64,000 nt of DNA from assembly GCF_036321535.1 (NCBI RefSeq), contig NC_087437.1, positions 28,212,001 to 28,276,000 on the forward strand. Direction: 5' to 3'. The stretch is from Camelus dromedarius. Its lineage: Eukaryota. Within the stretch, counting starts at the first letter, position 1. Every line of letters starts with the position of its first letter. The notes under the pieces are model-generated. The model was not told where the DNA came from. It saw only the letters and a program-made list of their open reading frames with translations, and did not search any database. Of the stretch, positions 26,484 through 39,870 are shown one piece after another. The translations under genes were made by a program, and so were the position numbers.

Positions 26484-28919
26484 GCTCTGCAACCCATTAT
26501 AAAATAGTAGGATTCCCTAAGCTTGGGGCTGCTCAGCTGTGACAAAATGCATTGCCTCGTGTGCGCGGCACATCCCCCTCCTTGGCACCATGAAGGCTCA
26601 GCCATGTACATCTCAGTATTGTCTAAAGTAGCTGCATGATGTAAACGTGAGCTTATGCTTCTTGCTGTGTCGTGAGAATTGTTTTCTTTCTGACCCTGGC
26701 GTCTTAGAATTTCTGCCAGTTTCCATGATACAGTAGCAGGTTGACTTGCTAGCTTGCAAATAGAGTAAAATCTTGACAGTTCTTAACAGATCATATAATT
26801 TGCTTATCTTTAGAATTAAGTGGTTGGCCTGTGAATTGGTTTAAATTTATTTTTTAGTTCTGATTCAATGCAGAAAAGAGTCTTGTTTCATGTTCTCAAG
26901 GGCTTACAATCTTTCTGAGGCTGAAATGTGTAAAGAAGTGTTGCAGACTCTGTACCTTCAGCCCAGGTGGCCATGTCTATGATCTGGTTGGAGAGCTGAA
27001 TGGGCTGGAAGGTGAGAGTAAAGGGCAACTCCCTGAAGTCATGTGTTTGTCCTGTTGTCTGTCAGAAATGAAGAGAATGGAGATTGTTATCTGCTGTGAC
27101 TGAGAAGACTGGAAAAATAAAGATAACCCCCATGGTATGGAATCTGATCTCAGGGGGCAGAGGGGCTACAAGAATTATTTTCATGAAAAACCCTTGAGAT
27201 ATGGGAACACAAGCAGAGCTGTTGACGTCTCCAGTAACACAGCATAAAATTGGTTGGGAGAGATGAGAAGCCTTCTCACTTCTGCACAGCCTTCTCCTCA
27301 GCACCACCCAGGCTCAGCCTGGTACATCACGGTGTTGTCTAGAGTAGCTGCATCAGAGCAGCAGCAGAGGCCATTCTGCTACAGGAGAGCAACATTCACG
27401 ATGGACACAGTAATCCTGGTGTCAGCCTGGTGGGGGACAGTGGATGTCACTGTAGAACCAGCTTCCAAGTACATGTGAAGCAACCCTGGGTATTACTAGC
27501 AATGTTTGACAGGCAAGGCCCAGGGTACTAAGTTACTACTTGCGCAGGTTGGGACAAAACCTAAAACAAATTTGGTCATTATAATTCCTTTGTACCCATT
27601 ATCAGCCATTTGTACCCATGACTAGTGAGGCATGAGGAAACTCAGATTACACAGTAAATACAATGAAATACAATATGATGTAACAAAGTTCAATGTTATG
27701 GAAACACAGAACAGAAAATGTTTGGGCTAGATCTTGAGGGACAAACACGCTTTTGCTAAGTAGCCAGTAAAGTAACCAGAATCCTTCATGGAGAAAAGAA
27801 TTGCAAAGTCATAAACACTGGATTACAAATTTCAAATTGAATTTTTAAATTTTGGTTTTCAAGAACCAAATTATCAACATTTTCAAGGTTTGATTATAAA
27901 TACCCAACCAACAGCAAACAGAAAATGTTCAGAAGATACATTTTACACATACAAATCCAAATTTCTCACCTCAAAAAATTATCTACAGTGATAGTGCTCC
28001 ATGCTTTGCAAACTCAAATCCTGTTGCTAAAATAATTTTTCAATTACATTCTTGGGTAGTATTGGTCCCTAATTTACATATGTGTGTGTGTGTATAGATT
28101 CATTCTGTTCCAGTTTACCAATAAATACAGTCTTCAGTTTTTTTCCCCAAAATGCCACATATCACCTTAATACTTTTTTAGTGTTTAGCCAGTAATTGAT
28201 TTAAATAAAATGCAATATGTACATAATTCTTTAAGGATATAATTCCTTACCTATAAACTATTCACCTCCATGTTCAACTTCTAATCATCAGCCAAGGCCA
28301 GTTAGGACAGTTTGAAGGAATGAATAATTGAAGACCCCTATGCTTATGCAGATGTTTGAAAGCAATAGGAGAAATATCTCTAAATGGCTTGTTCATTGTT
28401 TTTGATAGGGAATATGGTGTGGATAAAAAATGCTTTGGCTGGTCTTTGTGGCTTGATGTCTTAAATTTTTTGTCTCATAGTGATTAAAAACATCAAAAAC
28501 AATATAGCCTAGAGAAGTGAGGCAATACTAAGTTTGGAAAGTTCTAACAGTTTTCTTTTGATTTCCCATATCTTCTTTGATTTTTTATTTGGAGGTTTGC
28601 AGTCTCATGTGTTTACTATAGGTGTCACAACATTATCTGGTAAGTAATCTAATAAATTATACCTTAAATTATATTATTTAAAATACTTTTGATATATTAA
28701 ATCACCCTTTTTAATCGAAATGAATAATTTTATTTCCTAAAAAGTGATGTGACTTTAAAACTAGCTAGTACAAAATATCCAGCAGCACAAGATTTGTCTT
28801 TTTAGTGAGACTAGTGATCTGTTATACCCAGTATTCTATCTTTGACATTGACATCATAGTTGTTTTGCAACCAACTACTCTGTTGCTCTCCATGACACCA
28901 TAATTCAAGGTAAGATACA

Positions 28920-29353
28920 TGTGGAATGTGTCAACAATATCACCCATTCCACATGCTCTTCTTACCATGTGGCTTTGACACTCCTCCCTTTAATAGGTAA
29001 GGTCTATGTTTATTTGTCTTGAGTCTGGTCAAGCTCCTGAAAACAGGGAATGCAGTTACTTTGCTGTGAGGAAACCGAGGCAGCCACACTGAGAGGTCCA
29101 GCTGAAGTTTCACTGACAGCTAACATCCATACACCAAACATGTGATAAATGAGCCTCTAGACAACGGTAATCTAGCACTCTCAAAACATATCTGTCCTTC
29201 CTTACTGAGAACTCAGACATGGAACAAAGTCAAGTCATTCCCACTGAACCCTTTTAAAATTCCTGACCCACAGAAACCATGAGCATAATAAAATTTTTAT
29301 TTTAAGCCACTAACTTCAAAATTGTTTATTATGCAGCCATAGTAACTGGAACA
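28920..29353 (+). mobile_element. MLT1 (G/H-like) MaLR LTR
   Basis: Ends 'aattcctgacccacagaaaccatgagcataataaaat...ttaagccactaa...tatgcagccatagtaactggaaca'. Confidence 0.8.
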
Positions 29354-29539
29354 ATATATTGCCCCTAACATCCTAATTTCCCTTTAATAACTCATGTCCA
29401 ATCAATCTGCTTTATTATGCATTAACACTTTTTCAGTGTTTGAATTTTTGACTTGTATGACATGTACTAAAAGATACTTCCGTTAATTTGACCTAAATTC
29501 TTTTTCATGGCTGTAGCCAAATTTTGCAATAATCCTAAG

Positions 29540-30200
29540 TAAGAACATCCAGAGCAGAGACAACCGCAAGGACAAAACCCCGAAAGTTTGGGGAGTTAGA
29601 GGAACTAAAAACAGATATGGCTAGAGTGTAAGGAGAGAAGAAAAAAATGATAAAGTTGTGTCAGAGACATCTCTTATCTTTTGGAGCTAAACAGGCCATG
29701 AAGAGGAGTCTGGATTTTATTCTGAGAACTCTAGGATGTTTTATGCAAGATAGTCCTGTGCTTTGGTTCACATTGATTAAGGTCACTGGATCATGGAGAG
29801 TGGTTTGTAGCCTTCAGCAGAAGCAACGCAGCAAATCAGAGAGCTGAGGCAGGAGGGCAGGCAGAGACAAGGGGCCTGAGTAAGGGTAGAAGCAGATCTG
29901 GAGCAAAGGACAAATATTTGGGGTAGATTTTGGAGACAGAAATGACAGGAACGTGACATATTTCATGACTGGGTTTGAGACAAGGAAATGAATTAAGGAT
30001 TACACCTAGCTATGTGGCTGCAGTAACTGAATGGATTGGGAGGAAAGAAATTAAACTGAGAAAAGGATACAGCAATGGAAGAGGTTTGAGGTAGGTGTAC
30101 AGAGTTAAGTTTAAGAAATTTTTGTCAGTTCTGCTTTTAAGTCCTATTGAAAACAACCAGGCAAACAGACAAGCATCGTGGTACAAGCTAGTGGGTTGAT
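29540..30200 (-). mobile_element. L2 fragment
   Basis: 'gaggagtctggattttattctgag', 'tagattttggagacagaaatgacagga'. Confidence 0.65.
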
Positions 30201-30236
30201 TTGGTCAAATTCCAGTGAATGCAGAAAGAAGGAAAT

Positions 30237-30442
30237 ATACTTTTGTTTTCTTTTCATATTCTTTTTCACCATAAGTTACTACAAGATATTGAACACAGTT
30301 CCCTGTGCTGTGTGTGTATACAGTGTGAACAAATATACATATACATATACAAACAAATATATATATATATATACACACACATACATATATATATATACAC
30401 ACATACACACGCACATACACCCACACACATACATACATACAC
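30237..30442 (-). mobile_element. Short young-L1 3'UTR piece fused to a (TA/CA)n low-complexity tract
   Basis: 'ttttcatattctttttcaccataagttactacaagatattgaacacagttccctgtgct' then a degenerate purine-pyrimidine repeat. Confidence 0.75.
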
Positions 30443-31289
30443 TTTCTGTGTAATAATCATTTTAGGACCAGCTGCACTTTTCCAGATAGGTTATATTTAT
30501 TGTTCTAGTTTCTCTAACATAAATGGGCTTTATGAGTAGACTAAATTAAAGTACTATTATTCCAATATTTTTATCTGTTTTATGCCTCAGGTTTCATTGA
30601 CTGGACCTCCTTTCTCTACCACACAGTGGTAGCATGAATAATAAAACGTATATAATGTGCCATAATCTTAGAACAATATAAATATCAATGCTTATATGAT
30701 TTACATTTGTATTACATAAAGGCTGATTACCTACCAGGAGCCTGTGGCTGATTCAGAACACTCTTGGGAGGGAATGTTGAAGTTTCTAAGGTCAGAAGCC
30801 CTGGCAGGTAATAAAACTGTAGACAGTGAGGAAGTATTTTTTGATATCAGAAAATAGAATATGGGTAACTAATGAACAGGAGCCTCCCCTCTAAAGAATC
30901 TTATTCTTGGCATCCTTTTGTTGGAAAAAATTAGATACTTAGGATGTGTCCTTAAGTAATTACTCTTCAGTGAAGAAAAAAATTATGTGTGTAAATAGTT
31001 CTCATTGATGTTTAAAAAATAAACAAAGCAAAACCAACAAAAACTAGTGATACTGGTGTGATCTGAGTATTCCTTTCTCTTTCTATGAACACTGTTGCCA
31101 CACTTTATCAAAAAGAAAGATGTTTAAGGATACTTTCTCCTTAAATGGTTCAATTATCATGTAAGAGAATTTACTCTTAACAATAGATAATGAAACAGTG
31201 CCCCCAGATAGATTGTTTCATGTTATATAGTGAATTAGAACTGGTCCGGTTGGCTTACACATCCAAACAAGTGGTTATAGTGTTGATTG

Positions 31290-31857
31290 TTCTTTTTTTT
31301 CCTTTTTTTTTTTTCAATTGAAGTATAGTCAGTTTACAATGCTGTGTCAATTTCTGGTGTACAGCATAATGTTTCAGTCATACATATACATACAGTTACT
31401 CCTTTTCCTATTCTTTTTCAGTATAGGTTCCTACAAGATATTGAATATAGTTCCCTGTGCTATATAGTATAAACTTGTTGTTTATCTATTTTACATATAG
31501 TAGTTAGTATCTGCAAATCTCAAACTCCCAATTTATCCCTTCCCACCCCTTTCCCCCTGGTGACCATAAGTTTGTTTTCTATGTCTGTGAGTCTGTTTCT
31601 GCTTTGAAAATAAGTTCATTTATGTCTTTCATTTTTAGATTCCACATATAAGTGATATCATATGGTATTTTTCTTTCTCTTTCTGGCTTACTTCACTTAG
31701 AATGACAGTCTCCTCAAAAAACTAAAAATAGGCTTACCATGTGATCCAGCAATCCCACTCCTGGGCATGTATCTGGAGGGAACTCTAACTCAAAAAGATA
31801 CGTGCACCGCAATGTTCACAGCAACACTATTTACAATAGCCTCAGCATGAAACAACC
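31290..31857 (-). mobile_element. Young L1 with 5' inversion (twin priming)
   Basis: Antisense 3' end 31290-~31712, then sense ORF2 segment 'ctcaaaaaactaaaaataggcttaccatgtgatccagcaatcccactcctggg'; TSD tagtgttgattg at 31278-31289 and 31858-31869. Confidence 0.92.
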
Positions 31858-32059
31858 TAGTGTTGATTGCTGTTAGACAAACTAGTTGTTTCAATTTTGA
31901 CTCTATGTATTGTGTGCGTGTGTATGTTTGTGATCATACACATGTGTATGCTGGCAAACGCACAGACATACAAAATTGAAGTGTTTTTTATAAATCAAAT
32001 ACAACACGGCCACATAACTGTTGGGGAGTTAAAAGCATTTTTCTCTAGCCCTGTCCCTC

Positions 32060-34100
32060 TCACCACTTTGCATTATGAGTTTCCAACTCTAGACTATAAA
32101 TTGTTGTAGACGGAAACTGTATCTACCTTCACATTTAGTTTAGTTTGGTACCTAGAACATTGTAGGAAGTAAACATTTGTCAAATTGAATGTAATTGCTT
32201 CTTCCAACTGCTGCCTCTTTCTTTTCTATTCCTTCACACATCTTGCGAAAGCAGTCTTCTCTCATTCATTATTTAGCCCTGTTTTAGACAATATCCTTCT
32301 CATTCTATTGAAACTGTTTACATCTAACAAAAATGAACAATAATCATTTGTTTGCCTAATTCAATAGCTCCTTATTAGTCCTCATCCTGTTTGACCTCCT
32401 TGCAATATTTAGCAGAGTTTCTCCACACATTATGTTTGAATTTCCTTTGCCTTTTGTCAGTCTACTTCACCTTTTCCTCTTCCTTTCTCCAAAATCCTTT
32501 TCTCTTTGTGTTTACCGTGAAATTCGGTACTAAGGAAGGTCTGTTCTCTTTTCACTCTACCTGCTCTTTCTGAACATTTTCATTCCCTCACAAGGCTTCA
32601 GCTCCCAAATCTGTTTTGAAGATGTCTTCAAATCAATGTGCAAGTCTCAACATTATTTTCTGAATATTTTCTTTGCATATTGAGCGTCTCCATTCAGACA
32701 TAGTATAATACAACTTAAGCTTAAAAACAAACAGTAACAACAACAAAAATGGACTCTGGGTAGCTTAGGCAAAAACAAAGGAAGGAAGGGAGGCTTACTG
32801 CAGTGATTACTAGAGAATTTCAGGAGCCTCAAGGGTGGAATGTATGGCTGCCACAGGAGACCAAAGTCCCAAGGGGAAACCAGGAATATCCTTCCTCCAT
32901 TTGTCACCTGCACCTCTCTCTGAGTATTTATGCTTTCTTTCACCCTGGTAACTAACTTCTTGTACTTTTTAGCCCACATGTTGGGATGTGACAACTGATG
33001 TTCACCAAGTTTATATATCCTCAGTTTCAGACATCCAGAGAGGAACCAACTTTGCTTTCTCTGTTTCAATTTAATAATTGGAGGCAAGGACTCTTAGTGG
33101 CCCATTCTAGGAAGATATTACCCACCCCAGCCAGTCCATTCTAGCCACAGGAAATTTCCATTGTACAAACGATGGCTGCTTCAAAACCACATGAATGGAG
33201 AAGAGAATGTCTCAAGGACAGGAGATGAGTGAAGAGATGAGACATGCTTGGCTAGAATAAATAAGAGGTTTCCATCACAGTGTCCCATTGGCACATTAAA
33301 CTCTTGTGCCAAACTCATTACTATCCACCAACCCAGCCTGACAGAGAGAAATCTCCAGATCCCTTCAGTAAGTAGATATAATCTTGCCCAGGTGTTCAAA
33401 GTGGAAATTGCTGGGTTATCTTTGACTCCATCCTCCACCTATATTCAAGCATTTTCTAGTCTATCAGTTGTAACATTAAGCTGTCCATGGCCTCATGTTT
33501 GCCCAACCCCAGTACCACTGTCCTCTCACAGCCTCTTATCGCCTGCCTCCTCGCTAGTCTCTGTGACCCTGTCATTTGCTTCTCCGATCTTGTCCATACT
33601 AGACTAGCAAACTATGTCGCGTCACTTCTTTATTTAAAAACCATCACAGCCTGTAGAATAAAGCACAAATGGCCCGTCTTTTATGTCTGGCCCCTCTTCA
33701 TTCAGAGAAGCCCACCACTATCCATAGATATTCGTAATCTCATAAACTATATTATTTACTCAATCTCTCGCACTTTTGTATATGTCAATTTCTAACCCTG
33801 AAATTGCCTTGTCTTCTTGTTTATTTGGCAAAATCTTTCTCATCCTTCTAGATTTACCTCAAGACCCAGTTCAAATATCATCCTCTCTGAAAAACCTGTC
33901 TTGACATTTTACATCACCAAGGAAATAATCTTACCTACCTGGTCTTAACTCAGTAAAATACTTTCAGCATCTCTTAGTTTTTCTACAGTTTATTTGCTTT
34001 ATATATTAGCATTTGGACAGCCCAATGCATTTTATACTTTCCCCTCTCCTAGAACTTCACACAGGGTCTGGTGTGGGGAAATAATTACACGAATATTCAC
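32060..34100 (+). mobile_element. L2 fragments interrupted by an old MLT1-like LTR (~32700-33250)
   Basis: L2 motifs 'ctagactataaattgttgtagacggaaactgtatct', 'caagacccagttcaaatatcatcctctctgaaaaacct'; MLT-like 'ctctgggtagcttaggcaaaaa'. Confidence 0.5.
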
Positions 34101-36128
34101 AAATTTTAAAATATGAATATTTTCATTATTCCATGGGCTCCTTTGGGTATGTAAATTGTTAAATTATGAGGAATCTGTTTCCAGTAGGGTGCATTATACG
34201 GAATTATTCAACTTAAAAATCGTTACTGAGTTCTTTCTATGTGATCTATGGCACTGCTGAAATAGCGCCCCCACCAAGCAGTTTCCTCTGTAGGGCTGAG
34301 AATGACATATAAACAAATAACAGTATTATAAACCAGATTATAAATGCTAGAAGTACAAGAAAGCGCCTATGGTAAAAAAGAGAAAGGAAAGATTAATTTT
34401 GGTTGGAAACTGGCTTTACAAATAAAACCACATAAAGCAGAGGGGCACATACTCTCAAATGGCACCCAGAATGGTCAACTAAATGAACACTGTGGTGTTT
34501 TTTTTATTATTATTCTGCATGAATGTGGTACATGGTGTACAAATTCCATTCTCTAAGTACTAAATTATTTTTGTTAATTTACAACCACAGTCATGATTTA
34601 TAATGCCTATAAAACCCACCCTAAAACAAATATTCTCAAACACACAAACACTTACTTACACATGCACGATTGCCAACGGTGGTAATTTCACTGGCAGAGC
34701 TTTCAGCTCTACATTTGAGTTAAAGGCGAAGATTAACATGTGTTAAAGTGAGGGTTTGCTAAGGCTTAACTATGGGTGTTAGATTTCCTATATAAAGCAG
34801 TTAGTCAAATACTAAGCCAAGACAAAAGTGTTTGTTCTTCACTTTGGCTTCCAACCCCAGGCATCATGTATTTAAGAGCAAGCTTAAAGGCAAGCCTTTG
34901 GAGAATACAGCATAATGTTGGCAAGCAAGTCATTCCCAATTAAGCAAACCAAATCTTGAGACCAAAACTATAATAAGTGGTCAGAGAACTTAAGAGAAGC
35001 TCAATGTGTGATGACGCCTTATTTTTCTCATTTCATTGCTGTCTTCCCTGTCTCTCATTAAGAATTAGCATTAGATGCTTTGTGGGATCAGATCAGAAGT
35101 GCACAGAGGATTTAGGCCTGCTGTAAGAGCACTTGCCTTACAGCCTCCTTGGGCTTGGTAGCAGCTGTCCGAATAAGCAATCCTTGTGATTTTAGGAAAA
35201 ATTAAGGAAGGTCTAGTGGTGACCTCAACTACCAGAGGCCTTAATGCACATATCAATTCATGTAATAAACATTACTTCAGGGAACAGAGAGAATAACGTC
35301 TTCACATTTACTAGAGACAGTTTAGCTGGCTAGACTTGGAAATTGTTTCATTTTCCTTTAAAAAGAACAAAAAATACATCTTTTCAGGCTGTCACAATTG
35401 GCTACCGAAATAAATAAATCCATGAGATTGACTTTTCCATCAAACGTTTGATAAATGACACTTCAATTTCTTATTCAAATTCCTCATTGTTGGGCTCTAC
35501 TATTTTCATTTGTATTATTTTGAAAATGCGTTTTTAGTTCATACATATTGAATGAGTGACTAATAATATACAGATACATTCCTAAGTGCTTTTATTCTTG
35601 ATTATTTATGACATCTATTTTTTATTCATCTGGCAAAGTAAGGAGCTCTGGGGAGCAAAATGACCTTTTTATCCATGATCGGGGAAACGATGGAAATGTG
35701 TTTTATTTGAGTAATCTCTCTGTTGACCAGGATTCTATCAAAGATCATCCCAGACGAATAACTGTTATTTGGCCAGACACACCAGGACAGATAGCGGTCA
35801 GTGTCTGTTTTGATTAGTCAGTGCCCGGATGAATAGTTACAGTTAATAGTTACAATTACAATTATGGGTATACATATATGAAAGTTACTTGCCTCACATT
35901 ATACTGTGCCTTTTCATTTTTTTAGGTAAACTCACTTTCAAGGCCAACGAAAGAACACTTGGAAGTGATCCTCATGTTACTTTGGGCACTAATAGCTTTC
36001 ACTTTTTGTGCCTGCTTCTCTACCCCTGCCCCCATGGCATTACCCACCCTGTCATTCTGATATGTGTTCTTTCCTCTTTCAGTTCTCAGAAGCAGACTTC
36101 ATATGACATTTATTTCACTTAATCTGGC

Positions 36129-36171
36129 CAAAAAAAAAAAAAAAAAGAAAGAAAGAAAGAAAGAAAGAAAA
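36129..36171. repeat. A-tract plus (GAAA)n
   Basis: Directly visible. Confidence 0.9.
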
Positions 36172-37641
36172 CCTCAGTGTATTTTTTCACATTTCACATT
36201 TTAAAAAATTATGTATTTGCCACCCTCAACAAAGATTCGGATGCCAGGAAGCTGTAGGCAATGTGGTGTGTTTGGTTAGTTATTCAATCCGTGTACATTG
36301 AGGCTCTACTCTGAGCTCGGAACAACCAGAAATATGATGACAAGTTGAAAGAGACAGATTGGGGCCTATCAGCTGGGTTATGGTAGAATCTTGAGTTATC
36401 GAGTTAACTCACTCTACTAGGAGCTCTGATTGGCCTATTTGGGGAAACCAGGAAATGTTGGCTGTAATCCTGCCTTCAATAATCTTCACATTTAAGACTT
36501 TTTTTCCCTTCACCTTTATACCTCTTCATAGGATGGTAAGTCTGATGGCAGCCTATTATGTCATTTCTCAATGCAGTACTTTATCTGATGTCAACTCTTA
36601 CTTAGTATGTAAGTAATTCTGCAGTTCATTAATAAAAAGCACCCAGAATATGAATTCTCACAGTAAAATCATCAATGTCATCTCTGCTTTACAGATGAAG
36701 TCACTCACAGCCCAGAGACTTGATAACCTTCCCAAGGTCTCACATCTGTTAGCAGCAGACCTGACATTCTTATCCTAATTCTATCAGAAACTTGACTGCA
36801 ATGAGTCAAAATTAATATTCAAGGACCATATTTTGGTCTATTTGGTTCATATTAATTAAGCTATTATTAATTAATTGATTAAACTAATATTGATAAGTTT
36901 ACTCTTTCATAGTTAACATACATTTCATTAATTTGTATAAAGTTGTCCAGTTCCTAGGATTGCATGGCTGCGATGCTCTAACAGTCAAGGGAATGAGATT
37001 TACTTACTGTTGTACTCCATGCTCATAATACTTGTTGTCTAGATATAAGCAAATATGTACACTTCTATGTAACGGGACTCAGAGAAGACAAGATGGAATG
37101 AAACTTGGTAATTAAAAATTCTACATCTATTTCCAAAAATATTGATTTTAAAAATCTGTACTTTAAACCATAAGAAGCAAAATGACTGATGTCAAATATT
37201 TAATTTTCCTCCAGAATTAGAATTTTAAGTCAGTGGCTGTTTTCAGAGTGAATGCTGGTTCCTGTTGCTTACCAGACTACGCAAATGGATTCGTTATACT
37301 ACCTACTTTTGTTTTATTAATGACTTACTATCCTTTGGCCAGAAAATGCAATGCTTTGTGTTAGAATAACAAACAGAAGAGGAACTGGTTTCAACCACTG
37401 TATGATTGCTTAAAACATTATAATTAACCATACTACATTTGTTCTCATATACAAAAATAATAGAAAGGACAGCTAGTGACACCTCAGAGGAACAAATAAT
37501 TCAAAACTGAATGCAAGTGTAAGTAGTCTGACTACAAAGGAAACAGCATCTAGTGCTTGCTTGAGAATATTTAGCCTCTGGATTGTAGGGGAGCACCAAA
37601 GGTAAGAGGGACCACAAGCAAATAATATTGTAGGATTCTAT

Positions 37642-38297
37642 TGTTTTTCTTTTAATAGACTTCTCATATACCCTCTGCCCCACACATGCATAGCCTCCCC
37701 CATTACGAACATCTCCCACCAGAGTGGTACATTTGTTACAGTTAATAAACCTATACTGATGTACCATTATCACTCAAAATCCATAGTTTACTTTAGGGTT
37801 CACTCCTTGTGTTGTACATTCTATGGGTTCAGACAAATATGTAATGACAGGTATCTACCATTACAGTAACATACAGAGTATTTTCACTGCCCTACGAATC
37901 TTCTGTGCTCCACCTCTTCATCTCTCCTCACCCCAACTCCTGGCAACCACTGGTCAATTTACTGTCTCCGTAGTTTTGCCTTTCCAAAATGTTGTACAGC
38001 TGGAATCATGTAGTATATAACTCTTCATATTGGCTTATTTCACTTACTAATATGCATTTAAGTTTACTTCATGTCTTTTCATGTCTTGCTGATGCCTTTC
38101 TGTTTAGCTCTGAATATATTCCATTGTCTGGATGCACCATGGTTTATTTATCCATTCACCTGCTGAAGGATACCTTAGATGCTTTCAAGTTTTGGCAATT
38201 ACCAATAAAGCTTTGATAAACATTCCTGTGCAGGTTTTTATGTGGACGTAAGTTTTCAACTCCTTTGGATAAATACTAAAGGAGCATGATTGATGGA
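37642..38297 (-). mobile_element. L1MC1-like 3' UTR
   Basis: 'cccaccagagtggtacatttgttaca...ccatagtttactttagggttcactcc...gtacattctatggg'. Confidence 0.85.
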
Positions 38298-39349
38298 TGG
38301 GACTCTTGTTTTTAACCAATGGGATTTAGATGGTCAGTGGGAAAAAACTCATAGTTTACAGAGGTTTCATTCTTCACTATTTCTATAAAATTTTAGGGAA
38401 AAAGTGTTGTGTCTCAATTCTCAAGCGATCTGCCTGAAAGTCATAAGTAATATTTGTAGCTGAGCCTACCTGCCAGAGGTTTGCCATCTGTCATTTTTCT
38501 GTAGAATCCTGCCTGTATCTCGCAAGTCAGGGCTTCTGATATGGTGCTTCCTGTGACTGTGCTTACTGAGGACTGCATTCTGTGCTTCTTCCTTTTCCCA
38601 TGTCATCTATGTGTGTTACAATGAGACCAAAATATGTGCTCTTCTAATTACTAGATCAGTAAACACTATTATTCTCCAACACTATTATCACTGTTTTAAA
38701 CCACTAAAGAAATTATTTTAATTTGTATTTTAAAGATAGAACAATAAAATTGTTCTATTACCAAAAAATTAATTTCTATATCCTTTTCATTTATAATAAA
38801 TAATGAATAAGATAGTCAAATGTTTGCAAACATGTAATTTGTGTATTGACAAAATGCAGCTTTGAGTTTCTATGAGATTCAGCATATCTGATCAAATGAT
38901 TAATGAGAAATAAATCATTTTATAACTTCTCTAGGATTTCAGAGATGATTATATTTAACCTCTTTTTTCTTTTAATTCAAGAAGTAATTTAGATCTGAAC
39001 TGGTGTATATAAAGTAAAATGTGATAAAAAAAAGAAAGTTGTTACGTAGTGAAGACCTTTTCACAAAGAACACTTTTGTGAACTCTTACTGTTTAAGATT
39101 TATGGTAATACACGTCTATGGTAATCCGTAGAATTCTACAGGTTGATACGCTGATGAGTTAAGCTCCTAATGTATATTAAAGATATAAGGTTCTGAGACT
39201 TCAGTATTTCAAAGTGAATTCATGAAGATGGCTCAACAGAATTTCAGACCAGCAAGAGTTTTCCTTTATTAATTCATTAATCCATTATTTCACTATATTT
39301 TGTTGTGTTAAGCACAGGGATTGCAAAATCCTGCCCACGTTAAGATATG

Positions 39350-39870
39350 TCAGTTTGGACTCTCACTTAGACTATTGCAACAAACCTCTAACTGGACTCC
39401 TTGTTTCTGTGCCTTCTCACTCGGCTCTATTTTTCCCATTGAAGCCAAACTGATTTTTCTAAAATCTGGTTTTTACAATTCTACTCAAACCCTTAACCAG
39501 AAAATGGCATCCTGTTGAATTTAAGATACAATGTAAAACCCTTAATCTGGCCTTCTAGGTTCTTTATGGTCTGACCCTGCTTCCTCCAGCCTCACTACCA
39601 CGTGGTCTCCCTCTGCACACTAAGCCACAGCTTCTGGTTGTGGGCACCGGCTCTTCCACTCTTTGAGCCTTTGTTTTTGCCTGACATGCTCACCTTCACA
39701 TTCTCAGCTGCCAACTCCTACTTATCATAAACTCTCAGCTGACAGACACTTCATCAAAGCATCATTCCCTTAATTAGATCATGTCTTTCATATTTACAAT
39801 AGTGCCTACAGGATTTAGCATAATGCCTGGCATAAAACATGGACTCAAAAATTAATTAATGCTTGATTAG
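39350..39870 (+). mobile_element. L2 3' region
   Basis: 'gactattgcaacaaacctctaactggactcc', 'tagcataatgcctggcataaaacatggactcaaaaatt'. Confidence 0.7.

Larger units (their letters stand above)
25700..26788 (+). mobile_element. LTR40-like ERVL solo LTR interrupted by a SINE and an L1
   Basis: Starts tgttgggagaca, contains 'tcttgtgagtagaggcact' and 'aaacagccttggaag', ends 'gagtaaaatcttgacagttcttaaca'. Confidence 0.7.

Noticed and set aside
30178..30539. Four overlapping ORFs on both strands
   Set aside because: Translations of stop-poor TA/CA microsatellite.
31241..31256. ctggtccg resembling a Y RNA 5' end
   Set aside because: Match is only 8 nt and does not extend.
38474..38610. Minus-strand exon-like open segment ending CAG|gtaggc
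   Set aside because: Poor polypyrimidine tract and unrecognised peptide; cannot be supported.
39151..39197. CTGATGAG motif suggesting a hammerhead ribozyme or C/D snoRNA (TGATGA...CTGA)
   Set aside because: No stem II closed by GAAA; the C-to-D span is only ~45 nt with no convincing terminal stem.
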